Positions 14,114-26,378 of a stretch of DNA of 64,000 bases are shown piece after piece (position 1 is the stretch's first letter; each line of letters starts with the position of its first letter). The stretch covers positions 1,054,001 to 1,118,000 of the forward strand of contig OZ287700.1 of NCBI GenBank assembly GCA_965649825.1. The letters are read 5' to 3'. This stretch comes from Penicillus capitatus (Eukaryota; Plantae; Chlorophyta). Under the pieces are notes generated by a model, which was not told the DNA's origin, ran no database searches, and saw only the letters and a list, made by a program, of their open reading frames with translations. The position numbers and the translations under genes were made by a program.

Positions 14114-15619
14114 CAGCGTATTTTCCGTGATACTTATTGACGTGACATCAAAATTTGCTCGTCTTAGAAGAGATGACATTTAGTACATAAAATTGTTGGG
14201 TGGGCACTATGTGCGGAACACAAATCGTGATCATTTAATGCACTGCAGTTGTAGATGAGGTCTCGTTGACGTGTTGTCGGATGTCTTTTTGTTGATATTT
14301 GTCGGTTCGAGTTTGATTTGTACAATGACGTCTCTTGTTTGTCAACACAAAATTAATGCAGATGGACGATCATTTGTCCTCTCCTGATTAGAAGGCGTGG
14401 ATTTGCAGAATGGTTCCATGACGAGTTGGTGGTAGGCAACTCATGTATGCTCTTCTTCTGCAGGTTGATTTCTGTCGTCGAAGAGATCTCGAACAATTTC
14501 TAAGATGGCACGCTTCGGTTTCTGAAAGTGAAGGAAAAGCCGATTGTATCAAGCAAACGGCCAATTCGTCCTTATTTATTTCGCAAGACCATGGCCATCT
14601 AAGAATGCAGAACGGCATCAATCCAAAACCGAATTGAAAGAATTCTCGTATGTTTCGGTGTATGATGATCGTCAGTCGCATTCTTCAGGCATTTAAAGTC
14701 TCCGTCTGCAGGGGATTTGCTTTGTGGGGATGGATACAGAGCCGCCTCCATGATTTCGATTCGTCCTAAGCGAGCCGTCTTCAGTTCTGTATTTCCATTG
14801 ATCTTGCAAGACTCTACCGCATTGACCTTTGAAATCCATCAAACTACATGCCTCGGGAACAGCGACAGACCTTCGGAGTCGAAGATCCTATAAAATCTCA
14901 GAGCGAGCATCAAATAGATGTTTATGAATGTGATGTTCGTTGCGCTAGAGACTCATCATGCACGCCGTTGTCATGGGAGAGGACTGACGTCATTCTGAGT
15001 ATGTACACGGAACAGTTCTGTTGTATCCGTCTAAGTATTTAATTATACATTGCCGACGGAGTCCCCCTGCGCGGTTCGCCATCCTGTCCGGACTCGGCCG
15101 TCTGGCCGACTCTCACAATAAACACAAATAGGGATGTGATCTTCTTCTCAGTGACCAACAAAAGACGTGCTGACATGAGATTTGAATTCAAGAAACAGTC
15201 ATTTTGCTCGTTACGTGTGTCAGTATCGTTTTCGAATCCGCTTTAAGGAGGTCATGCCGAATTAATACTCTGTGAACGAGTTCGGGGCCGTAAGACAAAA
15301 CGCGGCCGCATTAGAGTGAGAGCTATGAGGATGGCTCCGACAGAATGTCGGTCACACTTCTGCTCGAGTATTCTGTTAGAACGATGCGATTACACAGTAC
15401 TCAGTGCGCAATGTCATGTCACATTACCGCACACGAGATAGTGAGCACATTCTCTGTGGCTTTGCGCATCACAACGTCCTCACTGCGGAAACGCTGAGTG
15501 CGAATCGTACCGAAGTGCGTAACTAATATATCAAAAATTCTTATAGTTGGTCTTTGCGAAAAAATCTGACAGATAAATAGAGGATCGGTTTAATCCTATG
15601 AGGACGGAGAATCTCTAGT

Positions 15620-15640
15620 AACAACAACAACAACAACAAC
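15620..15640 (+). repeat. (AAC)7 microsatellite
   Basis: aacaacaacaacaacaacaac read directly. Confidence 0.9.
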
Positions 15641-18600
15641 ATCCAACCTTGCGATTTGCAAAGAGTGTTTCTCTGTAGCAAACCATGTTACCTCACTCTT
15701 GAATCTACCGGCTGACAGAGATGCCATCGACTGAAAGTTTGTGAACAATTGAGATCGTCTGTGGCACCTCGAACTAGCGGAACTGACAAGTGAAGGGACG
15801 ATCGGTTCGATTTCTATCAAAAGCGATCGATTCAGGAACGGCGCGATAACGTCGACGAATCGCGCCACTTTGTCACAAGAACCATCGACACAACAAGTCG
15901 TATGATTGACATACTGCTTACAGAAAAGAATAACATCGTGCTCTAGCGAATCGTCGCTCGTCTACTGCATAATGCACTGACAGTGAAGGGATCGAGAAAT
16001 AGACCAACGATGTCTCTTGTTTTGCACACATCTCCAGTGAAGGTTGTTCGATGGGATCTTGCGTCGAAAGAGGTCTTGACTTGTGTTTCGTGTACCAAAA
16101 AAGGCATCTCAAGCATTTCCAAACCTGCCAAAGACATGTAGTTGAGTTTTGACACATATGAGTACATCCAAGAGTAGCCAACTTCTCTAAAATACTATGT
16201 GTCTATCATTGCGATCAACAAGAGATCGATAATCATTTCGCATGATTGGCGATTAATTCACCTAACGCCTTTCACTAATGTCTAGTACAACACATATCTT
16301 CAAAAAGAAAAAGATGCTAGCTAGAATAACTGATCTCGTTTCCTTCAAGAATTGTTGGTGCATGCTGAGAACAAAAGTTACAAAAGAATGTGTCGACATG
16401 CCGAACTAGAAAGATCCAAATAGGGGTCGTGAGGATATTCTGATGCGACACGTTGTGAGGTTCAATTAATCGTTTTCGATGATCGTTGACACTTTCTGAA
16501 AAAGATTCTTCAAAACGACGTATGTTAAAAGGGTGTTTTACATTAATAAGCGGCTTATATAATTGTACGGTTCTCTGTAAACATCTTCTATCTGTCCGAC
16601 AACTTACAACAGTTACAACACGATCGATGCCTATTCCACGCAGAACTTCCATTATTGGATCCTTTCGCATCGTTCCCGATGCGCACTGGTCTCAGGACAT
16701 GTAACCGACTCGAGCTTTCTCAAAGTACTGCATTCCAATGGCTTCTTTCTCATCAGTTCCGATCGAAACATCGTCATCCGTTTCGATTGTGACAATGATA
16801 ACTTCTCCAAGCTCGGTTTTCCGTCGATGGCCGATTCGCATCATCGCAAGGAGCCGATCTTCCGAATGCGTTCTGCGACGTTTACACAGCACACATGGAG
16901 TACATTACTATTCCGATTGAATTTCGACAGTGGATGGGACAAACATTCAGACAAACAGATAATTGTCCGTCGATCGGATCACTTTCTACGATCGTTTATC
17001 ATTGTAGTATTAGCCAGGCGATAACTATTTCGATTGCCAATCTTTTCTGCTGCTAAGCACTCTTAACTCATAGATCGCAGTGACAGGTAACACCGGAGTC
17101 GATCCGATTGTGGTTGATGGCGGATAAATTCAGATCGGAGACCCGATCGAGCATCCGACAACGGGGAAACAATGCTCAACGCGCTACGTCAAAGAAATCG
17201 ATTCGATTCGATAAGACGCTATTATAGACAAGCAAACTGCTATACTAAGTCAGCTATCATGGCCATCATATTGTTCGATGCCAACATCGTGCAAAGAGTG
17301 TTCCATCAATGCTGCCTAAGGTGTGATCGTCTAACTGATTGTTATACACTTTCCCACGATAGAGTTCGAGAACAGCGGATCAGCGCTTCTCCACGCTTCA
17401 TCAACTATGTTAGGTTTTTTGAGAACAAAGCGTTTTGATTGCGAGTAGTCAAACCGTGCAAGCAGGTTAACGCAAAAACACTACTAGAGTTGACTTCGGC
17501 AAGGTTATAGAAAATCAACTGACTCCATGTGTTACTTGCAATGGGCAAACATGATATTTGACACTGACAAGTCGATTGAACATCATCGAAGAGCACAAAA
17601 AAATAACTGCATTCAGAATCGATCGTCGAACGCTCGCTGGTCATATCCGTACAAGACGCTTCGTTTCGCCGATAAAAGCTTCGTCGACGAATTGCGTCCC
17701 GGGACACGATTCCAGATAGGAAGTGTTTATCTAGTTCGATTGAATCGACTTCGATCAACGCGTTAGCGATCATCACCGATCGATCGACTTCCATCAGCTT
17801 AAACAATCGCACTCTCGATTGTTTAAACGTTCATCGAGAGTCGATTACACGCGATTAGATAATTTTCGATATCGTTGGGAATGACACCACATATTGCGCA
17901 TTTTACATACGCCCATCGTGCACATGGTTATTCTTGCAGCAGTGCGAAATCGCATGAAGTGTTACAAACTCTTTGCTATGTTTAAAATCCAGGAATGTCC
18001 AGACTGGAGCAGATATATCTCTGTTTTCTTACATAGGAAGTGGATTTGGGGGCATGTTCGACCTGCAAGACGATTTCGTGGATTTCTAAGTAATACTAGC
18101 GTCGATAGTAGTTGTCGATTTTGTGACAGTGCAGATCTCCCCCGTCGTTTACTTAACGACAAATCTGGTAAAGGGCAATGCGATTGCCGTCGCCGACGAG
18201 TCAAACGGGTTCGAACGCACTGGGAGGCAACTCAATTTCATTTTGACTTACCCCAGATCCGGGTGTCGTTCCTTTCTCCATCGTTGGTCTACCTGAGTTT
18301 CATCCAGTTTGCCTCAGTATAACGAGGCTTGCCACTAACTCCTATTAATCCTTCCGACCTTCGCGTTCTATTTCTTATGTTTGTTAGAATCGCGAGTTGC
18401 TGGCAACTATGTAATCAAATAAAACGGCCGAGACTATCAGTAAATACTGTCATTACTAAGTTTCATTGAACCAAACCAATTGTCGTCGTCGTTTGTCGAA
18501 CTCGTTTGAAACAGAGATAAAAGAGTGACCTCTTTGTTCTTAAGTCTAGGTTCAACCGCAGCGTCGACAGCGGAAAACACGGATGCGTCTCGACACACCT

Positions 18601-18907
18601 CGTGACCGTTTGATCGTGATCAAGCAATCAATGAACACGGCAATGGACAAACATCCAGGACACAAGAGTGATTGTTCGATATTGTCAAGCCTTAACATTT
18701 GAGACGTTCGTCAAGATCAAGAAACCGTCTTACCGGTCGCAAACATACACGTCAAGGAACCGTCTTATTTGAGATGCACGGCGGAAGAAAAAGAACTCCC
18801 GCATGGTTTCTACGTCCTGAATATACAAGTGTGGCTGTTTCCAATAGAGTTCAGGTTTTTTGTCAAATGCACTTCTATCGAGATCTCGTCCGCTCTTGCG
18901 GTTTCAG

Positions 18908-20734
18908 TCATATGAAACAACCTCTATCGAACTCAACGAAAGAGTTATTACTCATATCACCCAGTTTCACCATCGTATGAGGTGATCTGCGTCTCATGCG
19001 TTTCAACAACTGCTCATCTTGTGGATAGTGTGCGTCGCACAGCAGCCACAATTGCTCCAATCTCGTGACAAGATTAGTAGACAGCAGAGACGACCATATT
19101 CTTTGTTGTCTGGGTTCGAAGGATTGTATCCCCAAGATACGAAGGTTGTACAGATTCTCCAGCGCATGTATTCCTTGGTCTGTCACAGTTCCTGCACGAC
19201 TAAACATGTATTCCGATCCGATGAGAAGAACTTCGAGATTCGTTTGTCGCGAAATAAATATCAGCTCAGAGTCACTGAGAATTGGGACGACACTTAGAGA
19301 TCGAAGTTTTGGCATTGTCATCTTCTCCCACGGTAAAACTAGTGTCTCTTGACACCCGAATCGTTGACACGCCAGATTTCGTGATTGATTAGGCGAGCAT
19401 ACGCCTGTCCAAACTAAGAGCTCGAGTTTTCCGAACTGGGACACAAAGCTCACGTCGCTGTCCGTCACCGTACAGTCTTCGATTCTTAATGCCTTTAGAT
19501 TAGGCAGACTTCCTCGGAGTGATGCTCCGTCGAAATGACATGATATCATATTCAGACATTCCACCTGTTCGAAGGTATAGAAAGCATTGTTTGGAATGAC
19601 GAGTTCGTCTTCTTCTTCCCAGCCGTCAATAAAAAGAACCTTCAGATATCTCGCAACACGACTACGAGACAATTGACTCAGATTGTCTTGATAGGCCCCG
19701 AGTAGAACTAAACCAACCAAACGATTCAGATGGGCATATGTGTCAAGTGCGAATCTATTGTCGGGTTCCACTACCGCTGAAGAGACTGTTGTCGCCCACG
19801 GAATTGGTAATCGGGAAACTGTGCGAATGTCCACACCCTGAAGCGTCACATTTTTAACTTCGTCGAGAAAGGCAAACTGCCTGCAATCGTTTAGTATGGA
19901 CCCTTCCACTTCTAGTGATTCCAATCGCTTTAGACTGCCCACTATTAGATCCAGTGTATTTGAATAGTCCTTCGGATGCCGTAACGGCCACAAAAACAAT
20001 GTGTTTAGATGTGTTTTGCCGTACAGCTTGAGGTTCTCTTTGCCATACAAATGTGCTGAAGTGATTCTTTCTAATCTCGAAAGCTGTTCTTGCGCCCTTG
20101 CACAACGATGGTGGAAGACAATCATCGCATGCAAACCGACTTCGATCTGAGTCAGCTTCGGCAACTGGCAGAGCACGTCAACAAGCCTCTCCAACTTCGT
20201 GTCATACCAGTTTTCCAAGCAGAGTTTCTTCTGTTTGCGGTCTTTAGGCAATGCACATTTGGGAGGATGCGTCAGAAACGGCGAGATGTCCACGGATGTC
20301 ACCCGTTCAAACTTCAGCAGCGACGCGAGGTCCGCATCGTTAATTTTTCGCGTGGTGTCGGGACGAATCTCCTCTACGTGCATACTGACGGCTGCGGACC
20401 AGTGTCTGTTGAGCATTCTCAGGGACCGACCCTCCAGTCTCCATCTGCGAGTGTCCTTGAGTACGCGAACGAGACTGTCGATGACGGGCGACGGAAGAGA
20501 AGCCCAATCTCGATGACCTTCATCCACTGACGTTTCGACTTCAGGCGAGTCGGTCACGAAACCCATTTCGTATGGCTCTATTTCTTTCGGCTCTTCTTCG
20601 ACGATAGCGAACCAACGATAGTCGCCTGGCAACAAATACCCGAGTCTCTGCAAGGATGCGAAGCCGCTAGGATGCTCGGAAAAAGACGTTCCGAATGCTG
20701 ACGCGGCGCTTGCATCATACTTTCGTACGACCAC
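18908..20734 (-). CDS. Single-exon F-box-like/leucine-rich-repeat protein (608 aa)
   Basis: Uninterrupted ORF. DWASLPSPVIDSLVRVL..LRMLNRHW is F-box-like, and LxxLxxL motifs repeat (LPKLTQIE, LKRLESLEV, LPNLKALRI, LYNLRILGI). Confidence 0.75.
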   Translation of the reverse strand: MVVRKYDASAASAFGTSFSEHPSGFASLQRLGYLLPGDYRWFAIVEEEPKEIEPYEMGFVTDSPEVETSVDEGHRDWASLPSPVIDSLVRVLKDTRRWRLEGRSLRMLNRHWSAAVSMHVEEIRPDTTRKINDADLASLLKFERVTSVDISPFLTHPPKCALPKDRKQKKLCLENWYDTKLERLVDVLCQLPKLTQIEVGLHAMIVFHHRCARAQEQLSRLERITSAHLYGKENLKLYGKTHLNTLFLWPLRHPKDYSNTLDLIVGSLKRLESLEVEGSILNDCRQFAFLDEVKNVTLQGVDIRTVSRLPIPWATTVSSAVVEPDNRFALDTYAHLNRLVGLVLLGAYQDNLSQLSRSRVARYLKVLFIDGWEEEDELVIPNNAFYTFEQVECLNMISCHFDGASLRGSLPNLKALRIEDCTVTDSDVSFVSQFGKLELLVWTGVCSPNQSRNLACQRFGCQETLVLPWEKMTMPKLRSLSVVPILSDSELIFISRQTNLEVLLIGSEYMFSRAGTVTDQGIHALENLYNLRILGIQSFEPRQQRIWSSLLSTNLVTRLEQLWLLCDAHYPQDEQLLKRMRRRSPHTMVKLGDMSNNSFVEFDRGCFI

Positions 20735-21179
20735 TAGTCGTCTGATTTGGAAGCTTTCAATCGGTGTTTAGTAGACAAAAGATTGACGAGAGGTCGAAAT
20801 ACTAACCAAGAGGCAAGCTTCTTGTCGAGTTTATCATCCGAATCAGACAGTTATCATTGTCTTAAAATGATTCGATGCTACAGTCTCCTTGAATATAGAG
20901 TGCATAACGTTCATTTACGATCAGCTTATCAATCACACTTCGCGTGCTTGTGGATTTGCGGATTTTTACGCACTTCATGCACTACGGTATTCTCCAAGCC
21001 GTTTCCATGGCCTTATTTAGAATCTTGTGTGACTTCGACGCGATCATCGGCTAGAAGAAATGTGGCTTTAAAAACTCCAAAAAAACACGTTTCATGCAGG
21101 ATCTGCACACTTATATAGCTCTTCGACGTCTGTGGGGTTTATCGACATCAATTTATTGACTATCGACAATAGTACGCAC

Positions 21180-21440
21180 TTAATGAGGAGCGAAGAATGC
21201 GTTATTCTCCCGGAAGCATAATCTTGATCCGTTATTGGTCAGTTTACAATCTGTGCCTGTACAGACCGGAATTGGCATGACGGTAATATCGCACGGTTTG
21301 TTTCCATTAAGTCCACAAGTCACAACGACGGCTCCATTTTTGCATTCGAACAGAATTTGGTTGGCACGGGCAAGAGCGCCAGAAAGGGAGAACAGAAGGA
21401 CGAAGCTCCGTGTCCACCAGAAACGTGTTCCCGTCGCCAT
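21180..21440 (-). CDS. Small secreted Cys-rich protein, copy 1
   Basis: Signal-peptide-like MATGTRFWWTRSFVLLFSLSGALA, then FECKNGAVVVTCGL..CDITVMPIPVC..C, paralogous to 22181-22600. Confidence 0.65.
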   Translation of the reverse strand: MATGTRFWWTRSFVLLFSLSGALARANQILFECKNGAVVVTCGLNGNKPCDITVMPIPVCTGTDCKLTNNGSRLCFRENNAFFAPH

Positions 21441-22180
21441 TTCGATGAGGACGAATTGCCAAGTCTCGGATAAACTAGTCACTGCAGGTATTCAGGCAAA
21501 CAGCAGTAGCCGACGGTTTTGTGTGAACCTCTTGCATCTGTGAATCGTCTGCTCAGTTAGATGATAGGTATTGCTCTTCGACGTACGTGATGCTGACCTT
21601 ATACAATCCCATTCGATGCTATCGATCGAGCTAGGTAGCTGCACAACATAACACTCGGCTTCCTTACGAAGAGAAGAATCTTGTAATGCTTCGCAAGAAA
21701 GAGGGGGTTCTCGCGGTATCTTTGTCCAAAAACCGCTGCTGTCGAGTTTATGATTGTACGCCGTCAGCTTTATCACTCGCGTCTGATCGTTTTATCGACA
21801 TGTCTTGTTCAAGACAAGCACCGAGCGCAGATCAACCATATGTCGATGGCACCTCCCCACTTTTCTTTATGTACTAGACGCGTTCATGACGTTACAGGCA
21901 AAGGTTCATCTCCATATTAACAATTTCCGACATTTCTTGGCAGTTCTTGCCAAGACCCCTTTCATCATAACCCGTGTCATCTTTTTGCATGCAATGGAGA
22001 TGTTCGGCTGTAAAAAGAAAAACACATCTGTGTGCATAGTAATGAGCACGTGTGCTGCTCGCGACTTGCCGAAAACTGAACAGTCCTTCAAAGGAGCAAT
22101 CCTCTTTCCAACCGTGAGCACCAATCGATGTTTATTCATGGAATATAAAAAAGTCCTTGCATCATCCGGCTTTAAATGCG

Positions 22181-22600
22181 TCAAGGATTGAAGTTAGCAC
22201 ATGGTTGGTCACATGAGCCACCACATTGATTGTCGCCCGCAAAGGTAGATCTGCAGACGAATGTGCCTCTTTCGATTCCTCCATCTGCAGACCGACACCA
22301 GGCAACGCAACGACGCGACGCCGCCACCAACGGAATGCACGAAGCGGCGGGAACTGTGTTTTTAAGAAGTTGAACGGATGTTCCGACGTCGAAGACTGTG
22401 CAGTTGGGAGGGTCGCATGTTGGTATAGGCTCGACGGTAATGGCACATCCAGCATCCTCCTTCAGCCCTCTTGTTACCAGCACAGCCCCAAACTCGCAGG
22501 CAAAGACGTTTGGCGAATCTCCACATGCAAGACTTACGGCGAAAAAGGCGGAGAAAAACAAACTGCACGCCAATAACAGTCCATCTCGTGCACGCAACAT
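22181..22600 (-). CDS. Small secreted Cys-rich protein, copy 2 (139 aa)
   Basis: Signal-peptide-like MLRARDGLLLACSLFFSAFFAVSLA, then FACEFGAVLVTRGL..CAITVEPIPTC..C, and a further Cys-rich tail. Confidence 0.7.
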   Translation of the reverse strand: MLRARDGLLLACSLFFSAFFAVSLACGDSPNVFACEFGAVLVTRGLKEDAGCAITVEPIPTCDPPNCTVFDVGTSVQLLKNTVPAASCIPLVAASRRCVAWCRSADGGIERGTFVCRSTFAGDNQCGGSCDQPCANFNP

Positions 22601-24864
22601 TCTCGACGCTGTAGAAAACAACTGGAGGAAAACGCAGCCGGCAAATGTCACCTCGTTACCGTCCTCGACGATAGAGTCCACGCGGCCTCCAAGGGTCCAC
22701 ATGGATCTGCGGTTAAAGGGGTATTGAATATAGTTAAAACTATTCTTGTTAATGCGATCAAGAACTTAATCATGCGCTGCGGAGACTGTCAGAGGAAATC
22801 TCGATCGCACAGTATCGAACCCATCAGGATGCAGCTAGAAGCGAATCAACAACGGATTATCGATGAATTCTTAAACCGATCACTTCTACTCGACCACAAT
22901 CCGATCGACGCGACGTTTGTACACATTTATCGCAAGCATAACGAATCGAATTGTTGTTTTTTGCGTTGTGGACAAGAAAGATATTTCCAGATGTGCTGTG
23001 TGCAATCTGAACTACGATCCGTCTTGTCACAACGACTTCTGACATAGCATCCGTCGAACTACAGATTTTTCACGATATATTCTGCTTGAATGTGCTGTAG
23101 GCTTTCCTCGCCGCTTCGCCAATGTTTGACTACTCTGATCTGTGCTTTTAGTGGATGACATTGAAAGACAACAGACTGCATGAAGAACAAAGATGGACAG
23201 CGATTCTTTGATAATCGACGATAGAAAGTCGACTTGAATTCTCTAACACGTTTCAAATGTACATTTGCAACAAGCCGACTTTGAAGAATTCAGATGGGAT
23301 TTTTAGTGAGGTATCCTGAGTTTCATCTTCGTCACTTCGTTGATATGTAGTAATGTCAGTAAGAAGAAAATGTACCTGGTAGTCAGCAACAATTGTGTTC
23401 GTCGCTGATAGAAAGCCAACTTCTGTTCTCTATTGAATTTTGAATTGGATCGGTCGCTTTTATAAGAATCAAACCCCATTGGTCGACGTTAGTCGAAACA
23501 GGATAGGATCGATCGCATCTCGTCGAATTGAACTATCGATCTCTCAAAATCAAAAACGAATTAAACGATCTCTATTCGTTAGTTTTGCTAACTTCAAGAT
23601 GTTTTTAAGCCCCTACTGAATAAATAACAAGACGAATCGTCGGCCGATTTGGTTTTCGACAAATCATTCTTGTTTGCCACAGCTATTCATTCGATCGCCT
23701 ATGAACAAATCGAACTTCGATTTAGCTGTAAGATCTACTGGCGAAGAACAGCTGGGGAAATCTAGATTCGCCAGCTTCGTCAATCGATATGCATTGTGCT
23801 GTCATCTAACTGGATTTTGATGTCGGATGTACTGCCGTTCTGGATGTTTCATTGGACTAGTAATGGCCCCGAAAGCTACAACTGTCTAACGCTTATTATC
23901 CAACGCCCACTGCCCGGGTCTACATGGACTTATAGAACGATTTCATATCTAAGAATCGTACTTCAACGAAAGTTTAGTCCAGTCATTTTTTGAGGCGCGA
24001 CCATAATGCGAAGATTAGAACATGCCATACTTAACAAAAAGAGCGAAAAACCGCAGCAACAAAGTGATCACGATGAGATCAGTGAGATTGCGTGTGTTAA
24101 GGATTAGTTGGCATGAATAAAGTTTGAGTCAATCGCGGAGTTAGCTGCCTTCCATATCTGACTGAATAGCTTATATCTCAAAAAAGTACCGGTGTTTATC
24201 GACTTCGATCTCGATCGGTCGATTATTTTCGATCGATCTCGCGCTGTTCGATTCTTAGTAATCGATTTCGATAGGCATTGATTTTAACGGCAATTTGTTC
24301 GCTTTCGAGCTCTCGATTTCGATTTTCTCGATATTGATCTTGATCTTTCCGACTACTATTGATTGATTTCGAGCAAATCGCTTCCTCGATGTCGTCGGGC
24401 ATCGTCAATTGTTCAATCATCTTTCAGGCTTCGATTATACGGGATTATATAATTATCGTCTATTCAGTGTAATCGGTTGAAGCAACGATCTATGCACGAT
24501 TTGCCGCTGGAACAACGAAGACTCTTAAATGCGTTTACAACTCAATCATGAAAGGAAAGACGGTGCGTCCAATCACATATCGGCGTTTTCGATATCCGTT
24601 GCAATCGTATATCATCATCCGGAGACGTTTTCTTCTTAACAATCCTCTCTCCATCAGCTTCATCGTTGGCAATGCTCATAAGAAGATCTCTCATTGTGCT
24701 TCCCCAGCCACCCTGACGCGAATTCCTCATCCAGAGTGCAGTACAAGACCACACTACGATAGTAGCGCGTCTCTCCTGGGCAGATCGATGTGACGGTGTG
24801 TAACAAGCCTGATCTTGCATTTCGCTAATCTTCTTCGCGTTCTACTACCCCCTCGCATTTCGAG

Positions 24865-26232
24865 ATGGTCGGCGGTGGCCCAAATGCTCCTCTTCCTATC
24901 CATTGGTCTTTCCTATGCAGTGCCTTCGCGACGTCGACAGCAGAGGTTTCTATCTGGGGACCCTCTAAGATCTGCAACGTGTTATGTACTAGGCGCTCAC
25001 CATTCCGCTAGACACAGCAAAAGTGCGTCTCCAGCTACAAACAACAGCAGCCGGCGAGACCCCAAAATACAAGTCCGACGACACATTCTGTTTTCGCCCC
25101 CCCCCCCGACTCCGAGGCGGACTGCGACAGAGGTATGCTGGGGACTGTCACCACGGTGGCCCGAGAAGAAGGTCCCAAGGCGCTCTGGAAGGGTCTAGAG
25201 CCAGGTCACGTCTGTCTGCCTTCAACGAATCACACATGACTCTCCATTTCTCTACTTAGGCATACACCGTCAGTGTCTCTTTGGCGGACTTCGAATCGGC
25301 CTCTATGATCCAGTACGTGTTATCAAAGAGATCACCGCCTTCAGGAGGATAGTGATTCATGCAGATGAAATCGCTCATCGTGGGGAAAGACCATGTTGGT
25401 GATATCCCGCTGCACTTGAAGATCGCATCTGGACTTGCCACCGGTGCTTTGGCGATTGCGGTTGCCAGCCCGACAGATCTCGTCAAGGCAACATGCCACA
25501 GAAAGTTGACGGATTGGTGAGAGAAGCTTCTTTAGGTTCGTATGCAAGCCGAAGGGAAACTACCGGAGGGTGCCACTCGCAGATACCCTTCTGCTTTTAA
25601 AGCATACGGCATCATTGCAAAGTAACACAAGAATAGGTGTGTGACCATCGCCTTCGATTCTGGTGCTCATAGGACGGAAGGGGTAAGCAGTCTGTGGACA
25701 GGATTGGGACCAAACATGGCACGTAACGCCATCATTAATGCAGCAGAGTTGGCAAGCTATGATCAAATCAAGCAAACTCTTCTCGCCTCAGGCTACTTCA
25801 AAGACAACGTCGTCACGCATCTCGCAGCAGGTTCTCACACATCTCTCACTCTTTTCGTCTCACACGTCGACGATTACCAGGTCTGGGTGCCGGTTTCTTT
25901 GCCGTCTGCATTGGATCTCCAGTGGATGTTGTGAAGTCGCGCATAATGGGTACCAATTAGGAATCCGTATTGTGATCACATACAGAGCCCACGTCATAGG
26001 TGCTCCTATCGGGACGTACTCTGGAGTGGTAAACTGTTTCGTCAAGACCTTCCAACAAGACGGCATTATGGCTTTCTACAAAGGATTCATCCCAAACTTT
26101 GGAAGACTGGGATCTTGGAACGTCGCCATGTTTCTGGTTCTGGAACAAGTATGCTCACTCTTTTCACTCTTCACACAACCTAACTGCACATCCCTTCAGG
26201 CTAAAGCGTTCGTCGGTGCTCGGCTAAATTAA
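24865..26232 (+). CDS. UCP1: Mitochondrial uncoupling protein (plant UCP/PUMP type, SLC25)
   Basis: PLDTAKVRLQLQ, HRQCLFGGLRIGLYDP, PTDLVK|VRMQ, PNMARNAIINAAELASYDQIKQ, YKGFIPNFGRLGSWNVAMF. Confidence 0.93.
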
Positions 26233-26378
26233 GTTCATTAAGAAGTGGCTTTCCGTGCCAACAGACAGATTCTTTTGATTTTTGATTAGTCCTGTTTTCA
26301 ATGCTCTTGTTCAGCGAGAACTGCATTGTTTGCATTTCTTTATCCTTTGTGGATGCGAAGCTTTCTTCATGGAATGGA

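Noticed and set aside
15050-15115. GC-rich mini-hairpins and a GGTTCG B-box-like word (tRNA, SINE or snRNA?)
   Set aside because: No cloverleaf, A-box spacing, Sm site or snRNA consensus.
18090-18098. TAGTATTAC (CRESS-virus origin nonanucleotide) on the minus strand
   Set aside because: No flanking stem, no Rep ORF nearby, and one hit is expected by chance in 64 kb.
14200-18900. Many 60-140 aa ORFs and occasional splice-like signals
   Set aside because: No consistent gene model or known motif could be built. A divergent orphan gene cannot be excluded without RNA-seq.
25097-25108. Poly-C run in a UCP intron
   Set aside because: A simple homopolymer with no further structure.
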